Position numbers and translations under genes: made by a program. The notes under the pieces were generated by a model. That model worked only from the letters and a program-made list of their open reading frames with translations. It was not told the DNA's origin and ran no database searches. From positions 24,737,504 to 24,801,503 of the forward strand of contig OZ037765.1 of NCBI GenBank assembly GCA_964035545.1: a stretch of DNA of 64,000 nucleotides. Reading direction: 5' to 3'. This document shows, in pieces, positions 1-13,400 of this stretch (within the stretch, counting starts at the first letter, position 1; each line of letters starts with the position of its first letter). This DNA is from Bugula neritina. Taxonomy: Eukaryota; Animalia; Bryozoa.

Positions 1-2988
1 AATGCTCCATGCACGAAATATGCATTTACATATGAAAGGTCTTCAACTTCATATAAAACTGTGCTATCTGGTCCAATGTTATGACAGTCTAGGTTTGGTG
101 CCTTGCATCCAGTAGGTTTTTGTAGTCTGCTGTCTATGTAGTGAGCACCTACACAAAACAGACATATATAGGCTATGCTACACTCGTAACCAACAGAAAT
201 TAAATGCACTTACTTGCATGACAAGCAAACACAAAAAAGTTCAATTTCCATTCAATTTCAAATAATCTCAAGAAATTTAAATAAGTATTCAAGATGGTGC
301 AGTAATGGAGGATTTGAGAAAGTAAGTATCTTAGATAAAAATGTAGCAAACAGAGTTATGTTTCCCTGAGAATATCATCACTTAACCAAGTTATCAAACG
401 AAACCAGCAGTTGTGAGATGAACAGCATAAAAAGTCCCAAAAAAATCCATCACCATTTTAATTATGCATATTCAAATAATACAGGACAGATCACATTTCA
501 TTTACTGAAAAGATTAGGAAAAAATTCAGGTTTGACTAAACTTTGAAATTTGATTAAAAAAATAATAAGCACTTAGACACACTACTTTAACAGGAGCAAG
601 TTTTGGTTCTTGTTTACCAAATGAAGATTCACTGCAAATATTATGCACAACAACTATAAGCCTAGGGCCACACTGTGCGTATTTTCGCATGCGAAAATTG
701 AAATCACAAGTAGCAAAGGTGTCCACTGTGCGCGTTGAGAAAACATTCGCACTTGTCGCTCTGCATTTTCAACGCAAGTGCGAATCGTCTCTGTCGTCGT
801 CACCTAATTGGCTGGTAGTTATTCAGCGAGCCCAATTTCTTTATTTTAGTGCTGAATTCCGGTAAATTTCGTTTTATTGAAAGCGAGTGCGATTTAAAAA
901 TGAAAGCTTTATTTATCACGCATCACTGACGCTACAGTGGACGCCTTTGCTACTCGTGGTTTCAATTTTCGCATGCAAAAATACGCACCGTGTGGCCCTA
1001 GGCTAAGTGTTTCAAAATAGTCATTATAACAAAGAAGATCACTAATTGCAATAATTAGCAATTCACCTATAAGCCAGAAAATATTATTTGTATTTTGCAG
1101 CAATACCTAAACATATTTCAACCGTTACTTTTACTCCCATAGCCATATGAATGATAAAATCTCAACAGTTTAGGGTAAAATGATTGCTTAATAATTATAA
1201 ATAAAAGTTATCATGATAACCATGCTCTAATACAAAAAAATGCATGTTTTCACCAAGGTTTAAAAATTTAGGTTGTATGAGAAGGCAACTATCAACCTTA
1301 GCCCTACTATTCTATTCTTTTCTTTTATACAGTATCCACATATTCCTTCATACCAGTTTTCTAGTTTACCTTACTGCCATACATACTGATATGCTTCAAC
1401 TAACTTTTCTTTAACTATACAAATTCTTACAGACAAAAGGTATAAGAAATCAATTCAATCATGGTAAAAGTTTACCTTCAATATGCCAAGCATCACCAGT
1501 GGAAGATGTCACATGAACTGAAGTTCCAGAATAAATCGTGATGTCACACAGCAGGGGCTGAGAAATTTCTACACTTGTGTTACCACAATCTAGAGTAGCA
1601 TTATGGTCCAACATTTCTCCCTCAACAGTAACAAATGCCCACGTATTCAGTCCCTGTAAAACGGAATAATAAAACAACGTTTTTACATGTATTTATATAC
1701 AGCTAAAAAATTTAATACAATCGCATAAATTATATTCTACTCAAAAGACCTGTTGCCTACACAGTGTAAAGATATTAAATTCAACAGTTTAAAAGCAAAG
1801 ACGACAAAATACAAAGTATTTATTTTGTCTAAACAAAAACTAATAATATTCACACAGCTGCTTTAATATTTTCAAGCAAAAAAAACAGCGGACTCAATGT
1901 TATTATAACATGTAAAAAGTAACCTGGCCAGTTTGTAAATCTGTCACAACACCGTGTATGATATGCTCAGTAGGAGAAATGAGATTGACTGAGATACTAG
2001 AGGAGTTATTAAGTGACTGCAGTCCATAGCCAACATCAAGTTTATATTCGATGTCCATTTCGCCAGGAGGATAGAAGGAGAGCGTGATGTCTGAGTTTGA
2101 TGGAGATACTAGTTTACCAGAAGAGCTGATCAGCAACTCTATGGCCTAAAATTATAATACGAATAGCAGAAAGGAAGTCACCATTCTGCGTCATAGAAAT
2201 ACATTGTCAAGTAAGGCAGTAATTGAAAAAATACTAATCAGATTTAAACTTAAGCAGATGCATAATACTATTCTATACATCTAATGTAGAAAATATTTTG
2301 TCTGTAGAAAAAACCTATCATGAATAAATTTTCTAACATCTCAGTTGGTTAATAATAAAGTAAGATATAAGTATTGTATATAACATTTGAAGTACCTTAA
2401 CGTCTTGAGAAAATTCATACACAACCACTAGATTATCCGGCTGGCATGATCCAGAGCAAGAACTATTACAGTATTGAGAGTCAGAAACCCTTGGAAGCTG
2501 CACACCACACACACAGTAATGGTTTTCAACAACCCCTGTTCAACAAAACATTTCATTTTAATGAATTTAGATGCATAAACAATTACAGTATATAACGATC
2601 CAAATTTAATAGGCAAGCATGGAGTAAATAGAAAATATAACTTGTTGAAAGATTAAAAAAACAAATTTAATTTTACCTGCAGTCCGCTCATTCCACACAC
2701 CACAAGAGTCTGTGCAGTATTGAGCTGAGAGATTCTGAGCCAAAATTACGCCAGTTGAAACATGAAAGGGCAGCTCATCCTGGACATCCGACATGTTCCA
2801 GCACCCGCGCATCACATAAGCGCCAACACACAACCGCAGAGTAATAAGTAATAAAATGTACCTAACGATCATCTAAAGAAAAAAAAGAAGATTAATTGTC
2901 ATACTAAAAGAAAGTAAAAGGTTTAAAAATCTACATAACCAATGTATAAAACATAATATTTTACCTTCTGAGATGGTCTGCAGCTCAT
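1..2988 (-). CDS. Secreted/membrane WSC-domain + PKD/Ig-like protein (polycystin-1/REJ-like N-terminus); 5' exons only, gene runs off the left edge
   Basis: Spliced exons approx 2988-2965, 2872-2677, 2535-2396, 2145-1924, 1653-1477, 148-1. Signal peptide MIVRYILLLITLRLCVG, then WSC Cys pattern (YVMRGCW...YCTDSC...GVVENHYCVCG...YCNSSCSGSC...VVVY), then beta-rich PKD-like segments (IEYKLDVGYG; LCDITIYSGTSVHV). Confidence 0.7.
660..1003. mobile_element. MITE / non-autonomous DNA transposon (PIF/Harbinger-like), 344 bp, intronic
   Basis: About 70-bp imperfect TIRs (gcctagggccacactgtgcgtattttcgcatgcgaaaattgaaa... / ...tttcaattttcgcatgcaaaaatacgcaccgtgtggccctaggc) flanked by TAA at 657-659 and 1004-1006; CpG-rich compared with flanks. 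Confidence 0.85.
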
Positions 2989-3771
2989 AGAGTTTTTAGC
3001 TTAAATGACTTTCATCAACTGCGAGATTTTTAACTTCAATACAATCAATATTTTAATATGAACATATCTAATGAGAAACTGAGATCAAACAGTAGAGTAC
3101 TATGGAAAGAAAGCTTTTTCATTTGCAAAATCTATTTTGTGAATTTAGTTGGTAAATGATAAGAGTTCACTCAACTGAAAAATGACTATGGAAAAGGAAA
3201 ATTCATTTAAGTGAGCAGAAACACACAATGGTATATTTACTGATATATCCAATTCATTTAGTAATGGATAAATTTCAATAGCCTTAGTTCTATTCATGTA
3301 TATCAATTTTGGTTTGGGATGGAAGTTGAAAACCTTCCAAGAATATAACTTCTTTTGATATACTTTTCATTCACAACACAGCGCTTTCTCATTTCCCCAC
3401 ATTACAGCATTCACCATTAAAAGTTTGAAATAACAAAGTAAAATCATGGCAAAAACTACAGTTAGTCAAAATAATCAATTCTATGTAAAAATATAATACA
3501 CCAGGTATAATATGTTCAAATTCTTAATAAGAACACTCTTCATCAAAGTAATGCTAATTTTTTCATACCGAGCGCATTCGATACTATTATTTTAAAACCC
3601 CAGAGTGAGTGTTGTTATAAATTTTATTGTTTGATCATAACAGACTATTCTACTTGATAAAATTCAACATATAAATATTATAGCAAATTTGAGGAAATTG
3701 ACAATACTTAGTGAAGCAATAATACTGAGTGAAAGACTCAAGGTAAGTGCACATAGTCGCCAATTGCTCAA

Positions 3772-3837
3772 ACAAGATATCAACTAAGGCTCTCCCGACA
3801 GGTTTTGAACCGAAGCATCATAGTGACTCATTCTTGC
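3772..3837 (-). promoter_or_regulatory. SECIS element (type II-like) in SELENON 3' UTR
   Basis: Minus strand GCAAGAAUGAGUCACU-AUGAU-GCUUCGGUUC-AAAA-CCUGUCGGGA-GAGCCUUAGU-UGAU-AUCUUGU: AUGA/GA core, 10-position helix II (8 pairs, 2 mismatches), unpaired A run, apical mini-stem, helix I GCAAGA/UCUUGU; about 240-300 nt after the stop codon. Confidence 0.8.
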
Positions 3838-4073
3838 AAATGACAAACTGTTCCACTCGAACATATTGACGGGCCATATCAAAATGCTTCATCATTGAGC
3901 TTTTCACTCAGCAAAAAATCAAAAAGCAAAGTATTTTCCTATTAAATTAAAGGCATACATGCCAAAAGTATGGTAACTGTAAGACATAATGCAACGCCTT
4001 TAAAACTCAGTAACACAATCATAAATGCATAAATCAAGAAAAAATGTCCAAGAAAAGAGTATGAACAACAATG

Positions 4074-7000
4074 TTAAACAGAAACTTTCGTATCATGAAC
4101 GATGGAAGCTTTTTCCAGACCTCTGGTCAGAAACTGAGCATATCGATAGTTTTGAATACTTTGAAACTTCAGGTGGTTCCTAGGAAATAAAACAGCATTC
4201 TATTATAAACGTTGAATCAGATGAAACATAAAACTAAAAACCATGAAGTGTTCAACTGTAGAAACTTTTTATTGTGGTGTTTTTTACACTTATCAACTAA
4301 TAATTAACAATGTACTCATTTTGGCTGCTGCCTAATATAATAAAAGATCTTCAAAGTACATATTTTGTTGATTTGGTTGTTAAACATGAAGCTCATAAAT
4401 GTACAAATTTGAGAGCTTGAGATCTTGATCATTTAACTTGTATTGCAGAGCACAAGTTCGAAAATGCAGGATAACTTAAATAGTTTTTACCAAAACACAA
4501 ACACAATAATATTTTTACTGCTAAATATCATGAATATTTTTGATGCAGTCACTGAAGTTACTCTTTGCTTCATGAGTATTACAAACAGCAGCAAAACTCA
4601 GACTATAATGTTCTGAAGTGAATGTTCAATAATCTCAGACCTCATTGGCCCTTTGTTATTACAGTATGCCATAGAAATCTAAGTAAAAATTAAGTTCTTC
4701 ATGATTTTAAATTGATAAAATGCTCTAAAATTGGACAAATGATATGTTGTTATTCAAATTTTGTGATCTCAAAACAGTTGCAGCAGTCCAGTCTATAACA
4801 GAACATCTATATATAAATTATCAAGCAATATGCAGATTTTCACATTAAAGTAACTCAACGATTGGCAGCAGACATTCAATAGACAGTCGAGAGGTTATCA
4901 CATGATGCATATTTCTTCAATGATCAAAGAATAGTCAGTACATAATCTTCGTTGACTAGTTTTTCCAAATTATAAATTTACAATGCATTTTGAGTTTGTT
5001 TATTAACTACTGTAATTAATCAGTATAACTAAAATTGATTGCCACAAACTAAAACAGGCTATATTAAATTGTTAACTATAGAAGATCGAAATACATGGCT
5101 CCAAGTAATATTTATTATGCTTAAGATAGAAACACAATATGTCAATGACCTTTATTGGCAAATCGGTTTGCAACATTTGGAATTATACTTTGAAATTCAA
5201 ATCTTTGTCATTGAAAGTTATAGAGCACAGTCTTATTCGAAAATCCTAATTTTCAGGTTTGCAATCTCCAATGGAATCAGGCAATCAAGTAGCCACATTA
5301 TACCTAGTAGGTCCAAAATTATATTTTTAATTTTTAAGGAACAAAAATCCTCATACAAATTAAAAGGAAAACATTGAAGTAGTATTTGCATGAAATGCAT
5401 TATCTAAATTAACCTATGAAAGAAGTTTTTCTGCTTTAGAAAATTTCCGTAGAGTATTCAAGGCAAACTTACAAGCCATCTTGTTCAAATTTCTCCTGTA
5501 ATTCTTCACGATTCTCTGGGAAGAGAATATCATTAAGGTTCTCATGATGAATGACAGTACCGTTCTCGGAGTGAATAACACATTCTACAGGAAAACTAAA
5601 AACAAAAACAGAAAACTTTTCCAATGTGTAGCAAAACAATGGAAAAAATATGGGAACTACAACACAGGTAATTTGAGCTCAGCACACAACTAGCTATACC
5701 TGTACACTTGTAGAGTAGAGTTATATTTCTGTTTAATGGACTCATTCAAGGAGGTATCGTTAATCCCTGACTTCAGCTCATTGATCAATACCCATGTATT
5801 GGCAAAATGCTCTTTTAAAATTTTTTGAACGGACGAATTCTCGAGTGGCCCTTCTCGAAGAGTTCGTCCGCTTCCTACAATTAGTCATGACAACTAAATA
5901 GTTTTAGCATTATATCGTATCAGCTCAGTTGAAACTGTGAGATACATGATGTAGTATACATTGCAAACAGCTGACTAACCTCAGCATGACTGATCATCCA
6001 GACTACCCCACAGGGTTATGCTGTGTACCAACTTTTTCTCAGCTGCCGCGTGATCAAACGTTTTGCTGAACTCATGGTACGTAACCTGAAATCAAGATCT
6101 ATGTTATAACATCACAACCGTACATTCATTAGTTATTCAGTTGTTTTCCCTTGCAACTAAGGAACTTTGAATAAAAAGCCGATCATCTGTATAACCTAAT
6201 ATTAATAACAAAGATAGAATAGTAATATCAAAGGTCCTCTGTTGCCTAGCCATGTGCTGTATACCATGCAAACTTGATATTCCTCTACCTTATTTATCGT
6301 GAAGAATTTAGTCTATTTAGCAAGTGTCCTATAAATACATTATGCAACATCAAGTTACATCAAATTAATACATTTACTAGAAAGCAGCAGCAAAACAGTT
6401 TAGATGTAGGCAGTAACAGAGAAATATTAACAGCTGAATTTTTCAATTATAAATGTATGAATTTTAGTTTCAGATACTAGTTGTCTATCTTGTAAAAGCA
6501 GAAATTTCTTGTCTAGAATACAGGTTGTTCTAAATTTCTCCATTACTGCACCAACCTCAAAAAAACATTATGTTGATTAAAATCAGTAAAACTCAAGTGT
6601 TCCAATGAGACAAAAGTGCAAGAAGAAAGTCTCTAAAACTAAATCTAACATACGTGATCAAGTCAGACAAACAACATGATGAATTGGAAAACTAATATTT
6701 GTTCCCAAAATACGATACCTCTTTAAAAGGATAGTACATCTTTTCTAATAGGGAATATGCCACATCATCGGAAATACTTTCAGTCCATTTGAATTCATTG
6801 ATGTCTTCACCATCTGCCTATTAAAAAGCATTATTGATTGTAAATGTGTTCAAAACACCAAAAAAAAAACAATATAATATACATTTACAATTATTTCAGT
6901 AAAATAAAGCATTGTAAAACAAACAAGATATATCAGTATTTAAATCACTTGCCATTAGCATTAACTTGCACACACCCATTTTTACTTTAATTAGTTATTT

Positions 7001-9356
7001 TCATTGGGTTTTAAATCTAATAAGGACTCAGCTGTATCTATTAACCTTTGACACGATCTTGTTGATTTGTATCTGGCACTTACATCAATATCAAATGCTA
7101 CTATGGAATGACAAAGCATTTTTTACACATGCCCAAGGAGAAAATTTGAAAAAAAAAATCACATTTATATGAATAATAGTAAAAGATAGCCATATGGGAT
7201 GTTTACCATATGGAGTGCCATTTTTGGCTGGTGAGCAATCTCTACTTCCATTCTTTCTGACTCTCCAGTTTCCTTATTCTCCAGTTGTGTAATCCACTCC
7301 ATGTCAACATTGAGTTCTCTGTCAGCTGGCAGATTCAAGGAAAAATGTTTTACATGGCGACAATCTTTGCTTATTATTAGGTTTCCCGTGAACTGGGCGG
7401 GTGTGAGCCAAAATGGGAGGCTTGGTAATTCATTCATTTGAAACTCACAATGAATTCTAAAAATAACAAGAGGAACACTAAAAATCGCTCAAATACTTTA
7501 TGACTCAAGACTAAAAATCTTACAACATAAATAGTGCTGTTCAAACAACTCTCCAAAGTCTAAACTGAGAACACGTAGTAGCTACTTTATAAATAGTATT
7601 TAACATCAATGTAGTTGAGGAGACACAAATTTAAAATGCAAGTTATTCCATGTTTTAGAATTTTAGCAATTAACCCACAAAGAATTATTGTAGAGCTAAT
7701 ACCATTCATACCTAAACTTAATATTATAATAATCATTATTGTGTGATTGAACCACGGCAGCTGAACCATAAGGTCCAAATCTTGTAAACAAGAAAGGTCG
7801 TCTATGAAACATTCTCATCAGCTTGAACAAAATTTCTTCTTTCAACCCGGGATTTGGAGGATAATATTTACCGCTATCACCTTAAAAAAATAATCATCAG
7901 TCTATCAATGTCAACTTGCTATTAATGTGCTTTGAGTACAGGCGCATAACTAAAAGCAAGACTTAACTTAAAATCATAACATATTTTTAACAAGATTAAA
8001 ACCAATAAGTTTTATCTTTATCTTTAGAAAGACAATTAGTAGCATGCGTTTAGGAGTAGCTCATGCTTCTTTTAGAAATTGCTTTTATTTGTGGCTACCT
8101 ATTAAACTTTTAGTTACTAGTGAGATGAGATACATTGGAAAATAGAATGCACCCAAATTGTTAGCCATGCAGAAACATTAATTTTTATCGAGTTTGTTCA
8201 ACATGTTTCACTATAACTGTTTGCAGGGACAAAGTCTCAAACTGAATCACCCAGTTAACGAACTTTCCTAAACAGGTGCAGAAAGCAATCTGTTGTCATC
8301 ATATTCTGCAGAACATCTACAACTTAACTATATTCCCACAAGCTCTATACAGTGTTTAGAATAATAGACTTTTGCTAACAGAATTGCGTGCATTTAGGTT
8401 GCATCACATTAAATTCACAAACCAAGCTTAGCTGTGCCTTTATATTATCCTTATATATTTATGCATGAACCTGCAGTCCTACCTTGGTGCCAAGGTTCAA
8501 CAGCAGGTTTATATAGCCAATATACTTTTCCAACTGACTCATCACCAACTTGGGGAAGAAAACTAAAGAAATCTCTACTGTAGAAAGAGGCTTCTGTTTG
8601 AAAAGGCGTTTGCCATTCCCTCAGCCCCAACATAGATTGGTAGTGTCGCTAAAAGTAAAATTTCCTCTCTCATCACAATTCAACTAGAGATATTGTGAAT
8701 GTTTAGAAATTTTGTTGCTAACAAATTCTCAACATCAACTCTATTACAAATATTGATAGTAAGTTAAACCTAGAGCAATAAACAAACTCTCATCAGGTAA
8801 AATAACGTTATACCATCATTCCATCAACACCTTCCGTCTCATAAGTCTTCATACTCTCGAAGTCAACTGGAAGAAAATCAGTAAACAATGTTACTGAATC
8901 ACCCGTTTCAATATTTGATCTTTGATGTAAGAGTACAGGTGGTGCCTAGAACAATTTAAAAAGCAATTGATTGAATCATCACAACCTTACAACAAAGAGA
9001 TCATTCAACAGACCTGGAAGATTACACTATCCACTTACCTCTCCAGTAAGTTTTTCGACAATAGTTCCAAACTCGTTACGGCTGATTTTTCCATCAGAGT
9101 CATCATCTAGAGATTTAAATAACAACTCTCCCCGAATGCCGAGCAGTCTGTGACCTGCCCCTTGCAAAGGGGGCTTAGCAAGATTGGGTGTTGAAGCATG
9201 GATATACTCCGTGCAATGTTTGTTATAAAAGTAGGCAATAAGTACTCCAATAAATAATGTTAATGCGTATTTCGATATAACTGGTAAAAACGACATACGT
9301 GATTCAGTAGAAGGGTGTGAATCTCTACCCTTATCACCCGAATTCACATAAGTCAT
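4074..9356 (-). CDS. SELENON: Selenoprotein N (ER membrane, EF-hand, SCUG redox motif), multi-exon
   Basis: N-terminal TM + EF-hand ([18 protein letters not shown]); YYPP...[16 protein letters not shown]; [17 protein letters not shown]...LNVDMEW; YPFKE|VTY; [19 protein letters not shown](5983-5981)-G|[11 protein letters not shown]; [17 protein letters not shown]; last exon YAQFLTRGL...VSV* (stop 4076-4074). Confidence 0.95.
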
Positions 9357-10445
9357 GATGACTTCATTTATCCATCAATACTGTAACTGCCACCTGAGCA
9401 AGTGGCCATTTTCACTATGAAGGAATACATACTGATGCGTTGACAAGAACAAATATTTCTAATCTATTAATGGGAATGCGCAGCTGGGCATTTAAACAGA
9501 TAGTGATGTTCACCTTGCTATATATATATGTTTTAAAAGTTGAAACACTGTATAGAAGAGAGTGCTAAACATATAATAACTAAAGCGATATGTGCAGTAT
9601 AAACTGCTTTATAAATTTATTGTCAGCCAAATTTTTTTTGGTTGGCTAACCAGATACCGAACTTCCATTCACTGTTCATCCTGTCTTTTGGTCTTAATTT
9701 AGATAAACTTTGCAGCACACCACATTAATATTTCTAAAGCATAACAATTACTCGGAAATAAGTCATTGAAGACGTATTTTATTGTTGTATACATCATAAT
9801 ATATCACAATGGAACTACATCAATGCTAAAAAGATCATAGCTTTCATATCGTTAATAATTACCTTCCATTACAAATATACTTATTTTTATGTACAAGCCC
9901 ACAGCGTATTATTGAGAATGCGCTTAAAAATTGGTGTTTAATTAAAATAGAGTTGCAAAGATGTAGATTTAAAACATTGCCAAGGCATAAATAATTGCAC
10001 TTACACTATCAAAACAATTGTTTTAAAATTGAAGGTATGTGTAAAAAATAGCAGAAAAAACCATTATTGAGACATAATAGGTGCATTAAGATGGTCATAA
10101 AACAAAAATTGATAAATGAAGGTAGCATTGGACTGGTGTGAAAGAAGATGGAGAAAATACTCTGACACGTGGTTTGCTACACAGATTGACAAGCAACATG
10201 GAGATGATGCAATGTAAATGATGGCGATGTTTCCTAACCAATTAGATAGTGAAAGCAGTGTGCGATAACAGACCACCACTCACCTAATGTTAATAGGTGT
10301 AACTAAAGAAAAATGACCTGCATTTACAATTGAATGAGCAGCAGACTAGTTCCAGGTTGTTTCAAATGTAAAAATACTGCATAAAATGGATTGCTGTACC
10401 TGCAATAAGTACACAGGTTTGTTCATCATGAAATAGCCTATATTC

Positions 10446-13400
10446 TTATTGTCTGCCAGCCTTCCTTTGGTTTACCATTCGGTTATCAGGCCGAGATCCA
10501 CTGCTCTCCCTGTCCTTCGGTCTAGAACCAGCTCTTGGCAACTGCGGCTTCGGACCTCTGGCCATGCGTGAGGTGCTGCCAGGCCTGTCTGATCTTGCTT
10601 TTTTCTCTTCAACGTTTAGCCTGTGACCTTCCATCTCCACACGCTACAAATATTTGCTGGTTGTTTAAAATTTAAGAAAAAGGTCAAAAATTATTACAAA
10701 AATGACACACGATTGGTTGGTTGAAAGTGGCAAGGAAATAATTAGCTAAAAAAATGAAAGTATCAAAAATAGGAAAGCCAGCTCAAAATTCTAACTAATA
10801 AGCAAAACTGGATACAATAAAAATGGCCTCAAGTCAATTCATAATATTTTTGATCTCTAGCAACATTCATTAGTGAAAATATTATTATTGCAAAAATTGA
10901 AGTTAACCAGAAATATTGATTTTTTTACCTTCATTTTAAGAAGAGTTTGGACTGGTTCCTCACTATCAAACACCACAAAGCCAAATGGAACTTTTCCACT
11001 TCCACCACCACCTCTATTGATCCTAATGTCCAAGACCTTTCCATAACCTGTAATCAAAGTAATGCTTTGACGGTACTGATATCAAATAAATGACATCTCT
11101 AGAGAGAATAAACCAAAGAATTAACCTCTAAACTGCTTCACTAGCCAAGTAATGACTAAGCACTACCTGGTTTAGCATGTGGCAAGCTGTTAGATGAAGC
11201 AGGTTCACCAGTGATGCCACAACAAAACGCACATAATTTTCTGTTCAACTAAACATAATGACTCAGGTCTGTGTGCAAAAGTTGATAGCCTAAGAATGAA
11301 TTTTCAAAAGATTGATTTTGGTTGCGGAGACAATTAGCTCTTAGCAATGTGTGATTATATAAGTATTACACTAAATGAAACTGACATTAGCTCACAATGT
11401 ACAATTTGCAGCTAGCGCAAAACTTCCTTAAACATTTGCAATGATACATTACTAGGCAGTCAGCTTAATCATCCAGAAGTTCTCACAGAAAAAGAACATC
11501 AGCACATGAAATATCAAACAAGCAGCCTAGCAACATAATTGACACTCTGTTGGTTTCAAGACTTTGTGCCTGCAGATCTGAGCATAAATGTAAATAACAT
11601 TAGTAAACAAGCACAAGTTTCTGTTCTACCATAGCAAACAAAAAAAACAACTCAATTCTCTCACCTTTGAAGAAGTTCTTAAGTTGCAACTCTGCAACAT
11701 CTTGGGGCAGGTTACCGACAAACACCTGCTGGTTATCAGGAAATCGCTCATTGGTTCTCCTGTCAACTCCATAATCTCTTGGTGGTTGTCTAGCAGAGGG
11801 AGCAATGTCCGGCCTGAGAATACACATTAGATGCAATAAACCACAACAATGCTTATACTATGCCTTCTTTGAGGCAACAACCAACATCTGCAGCAAATTA
11901 CACTACAAAAATAAGTTGGAGATGAGAACTATTTCAAGGCCTTTGCCTCAACTTAACATAATGTCATAAGTGACTATATATACAATTCTATGGAAACAAC
12001 AGGCATTAAGAAATGAATGTTACTCATCTATTTATAATGAAATGTACAACACAGCAACCCAATTACACTTAACAGGAAGAGTTAGCAAACAGAGGAAATT
12101 TGTACCTGTTAGCCTTGACTGCTGGTTCTTCCTGTGTAGCTGGAGCTGTCACAGCGACTGGGGCCATGCTTTCCTCCTTCTGCTGAGATGTAATGACAGA
12201 TAAAGGCACAACAGGCTAAAAAATACAAATGGCAATTTTGTTGACAAAAGTGACAAAAAAAAAACATAAAATCTCCCAACTCACTAACAGGTGATCACAG
12301 TGGCTCTATTTCAACATTATACTACATAGCAAAAAGTATGAAATTTTATGTGCAGTAACAAACCACACCGGTTACCTCCACAATAAAAACACTGTGAAAC
12401 AGCTTTTAGCTGTGCAATATAATGCTTGAATGTCAGCAACACAAACATTACTGTCATATTCACAGATAGCAAAACTACATAAAGTCATGTGTAATGACAC
12501 CAAAATACAAATCACAGAAATCACAAAATTACTTGATGAAATTTCACGTATTACAGTTTTTGAACTTTGAAGGATTGAAATTGAAATTATGTATTAATGT
12601 TATCATCTGCTGAAACTTGCTGTTTGAACAAATTCTACTTCTCAACATACCTTCACTGTATTGACCGAGTTTAACGGAGAAACAACCGCCACTGCTGCGG
12701 TGCCAGCAGATCCACCACTCCCACCACCAGCAATCTTCGCCCAGGAGGAAGTCTTCATTACCGGTTCTACAATCTCTTCAGTCTACGGGAACAAAATTGT
12801 ATATTGATAGCAACAAAGTCAATTAATAAGTCTAGTATTGAAATTAAAGCACTTATGTAGAAGCAGTGGGCACCTTAGATTCAGATGACATAATCTTTGG
12901 TTGGTCTTGGAGAGGTTGAGTTTCTTTTTCAGCAGGCATGGGTTCATCAAAGTCCATAGTGGTGGTTGTTGGGGCAGATTCAACAGGTAAGGATTGAACA
13001 TTCAGTTCCAAATTTTGTTGACTAGCTGGAACATCTACATCTTCCACTCTGCTGTTCACTGAACAGTCAACTTCAGGCTCTGCATGCTCAGGTTCAGCTT
13101 CCATCCCATTAACTACAACTGAAACATGATAAAAGTGCATTAGGTAAACTAAGATACTTTCAGATCTTCCCTATACTCATCATAGTCACTAGAGAAAAAT
13201 GAAATGCATTCTGCAAAGCAAATATAATATTTGTTACACACTCCAAATGCTATGTCTATGAAGCAGGTATGCAGCATTTGAAATGAAAAAAATTCACTCA
13301 ACCAACCATAGCTGATGAAATCAAAAGAGTACGTTGCGACTTTCTCTACAGAGTTTTTGAATAAACATATTTACCAGGTTGTTCATCGGCTTTGGCAACA

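Noticed and set aside
5845-5876. Sec redefinition element (SRE) stem-loop after the SELENON UGA
   Set aside because: Only the CUC/GAG apical pairs are retained; the lower stem pairs poorly, so it cannot be supported without covariation analysis.
7045-7100. Extra SELENON exon ([11 protein letters not shown])
   Set aside because: Flanking exons already join in phase 0 (MALHM|ADGED) and no compatible acceptor phase was found.
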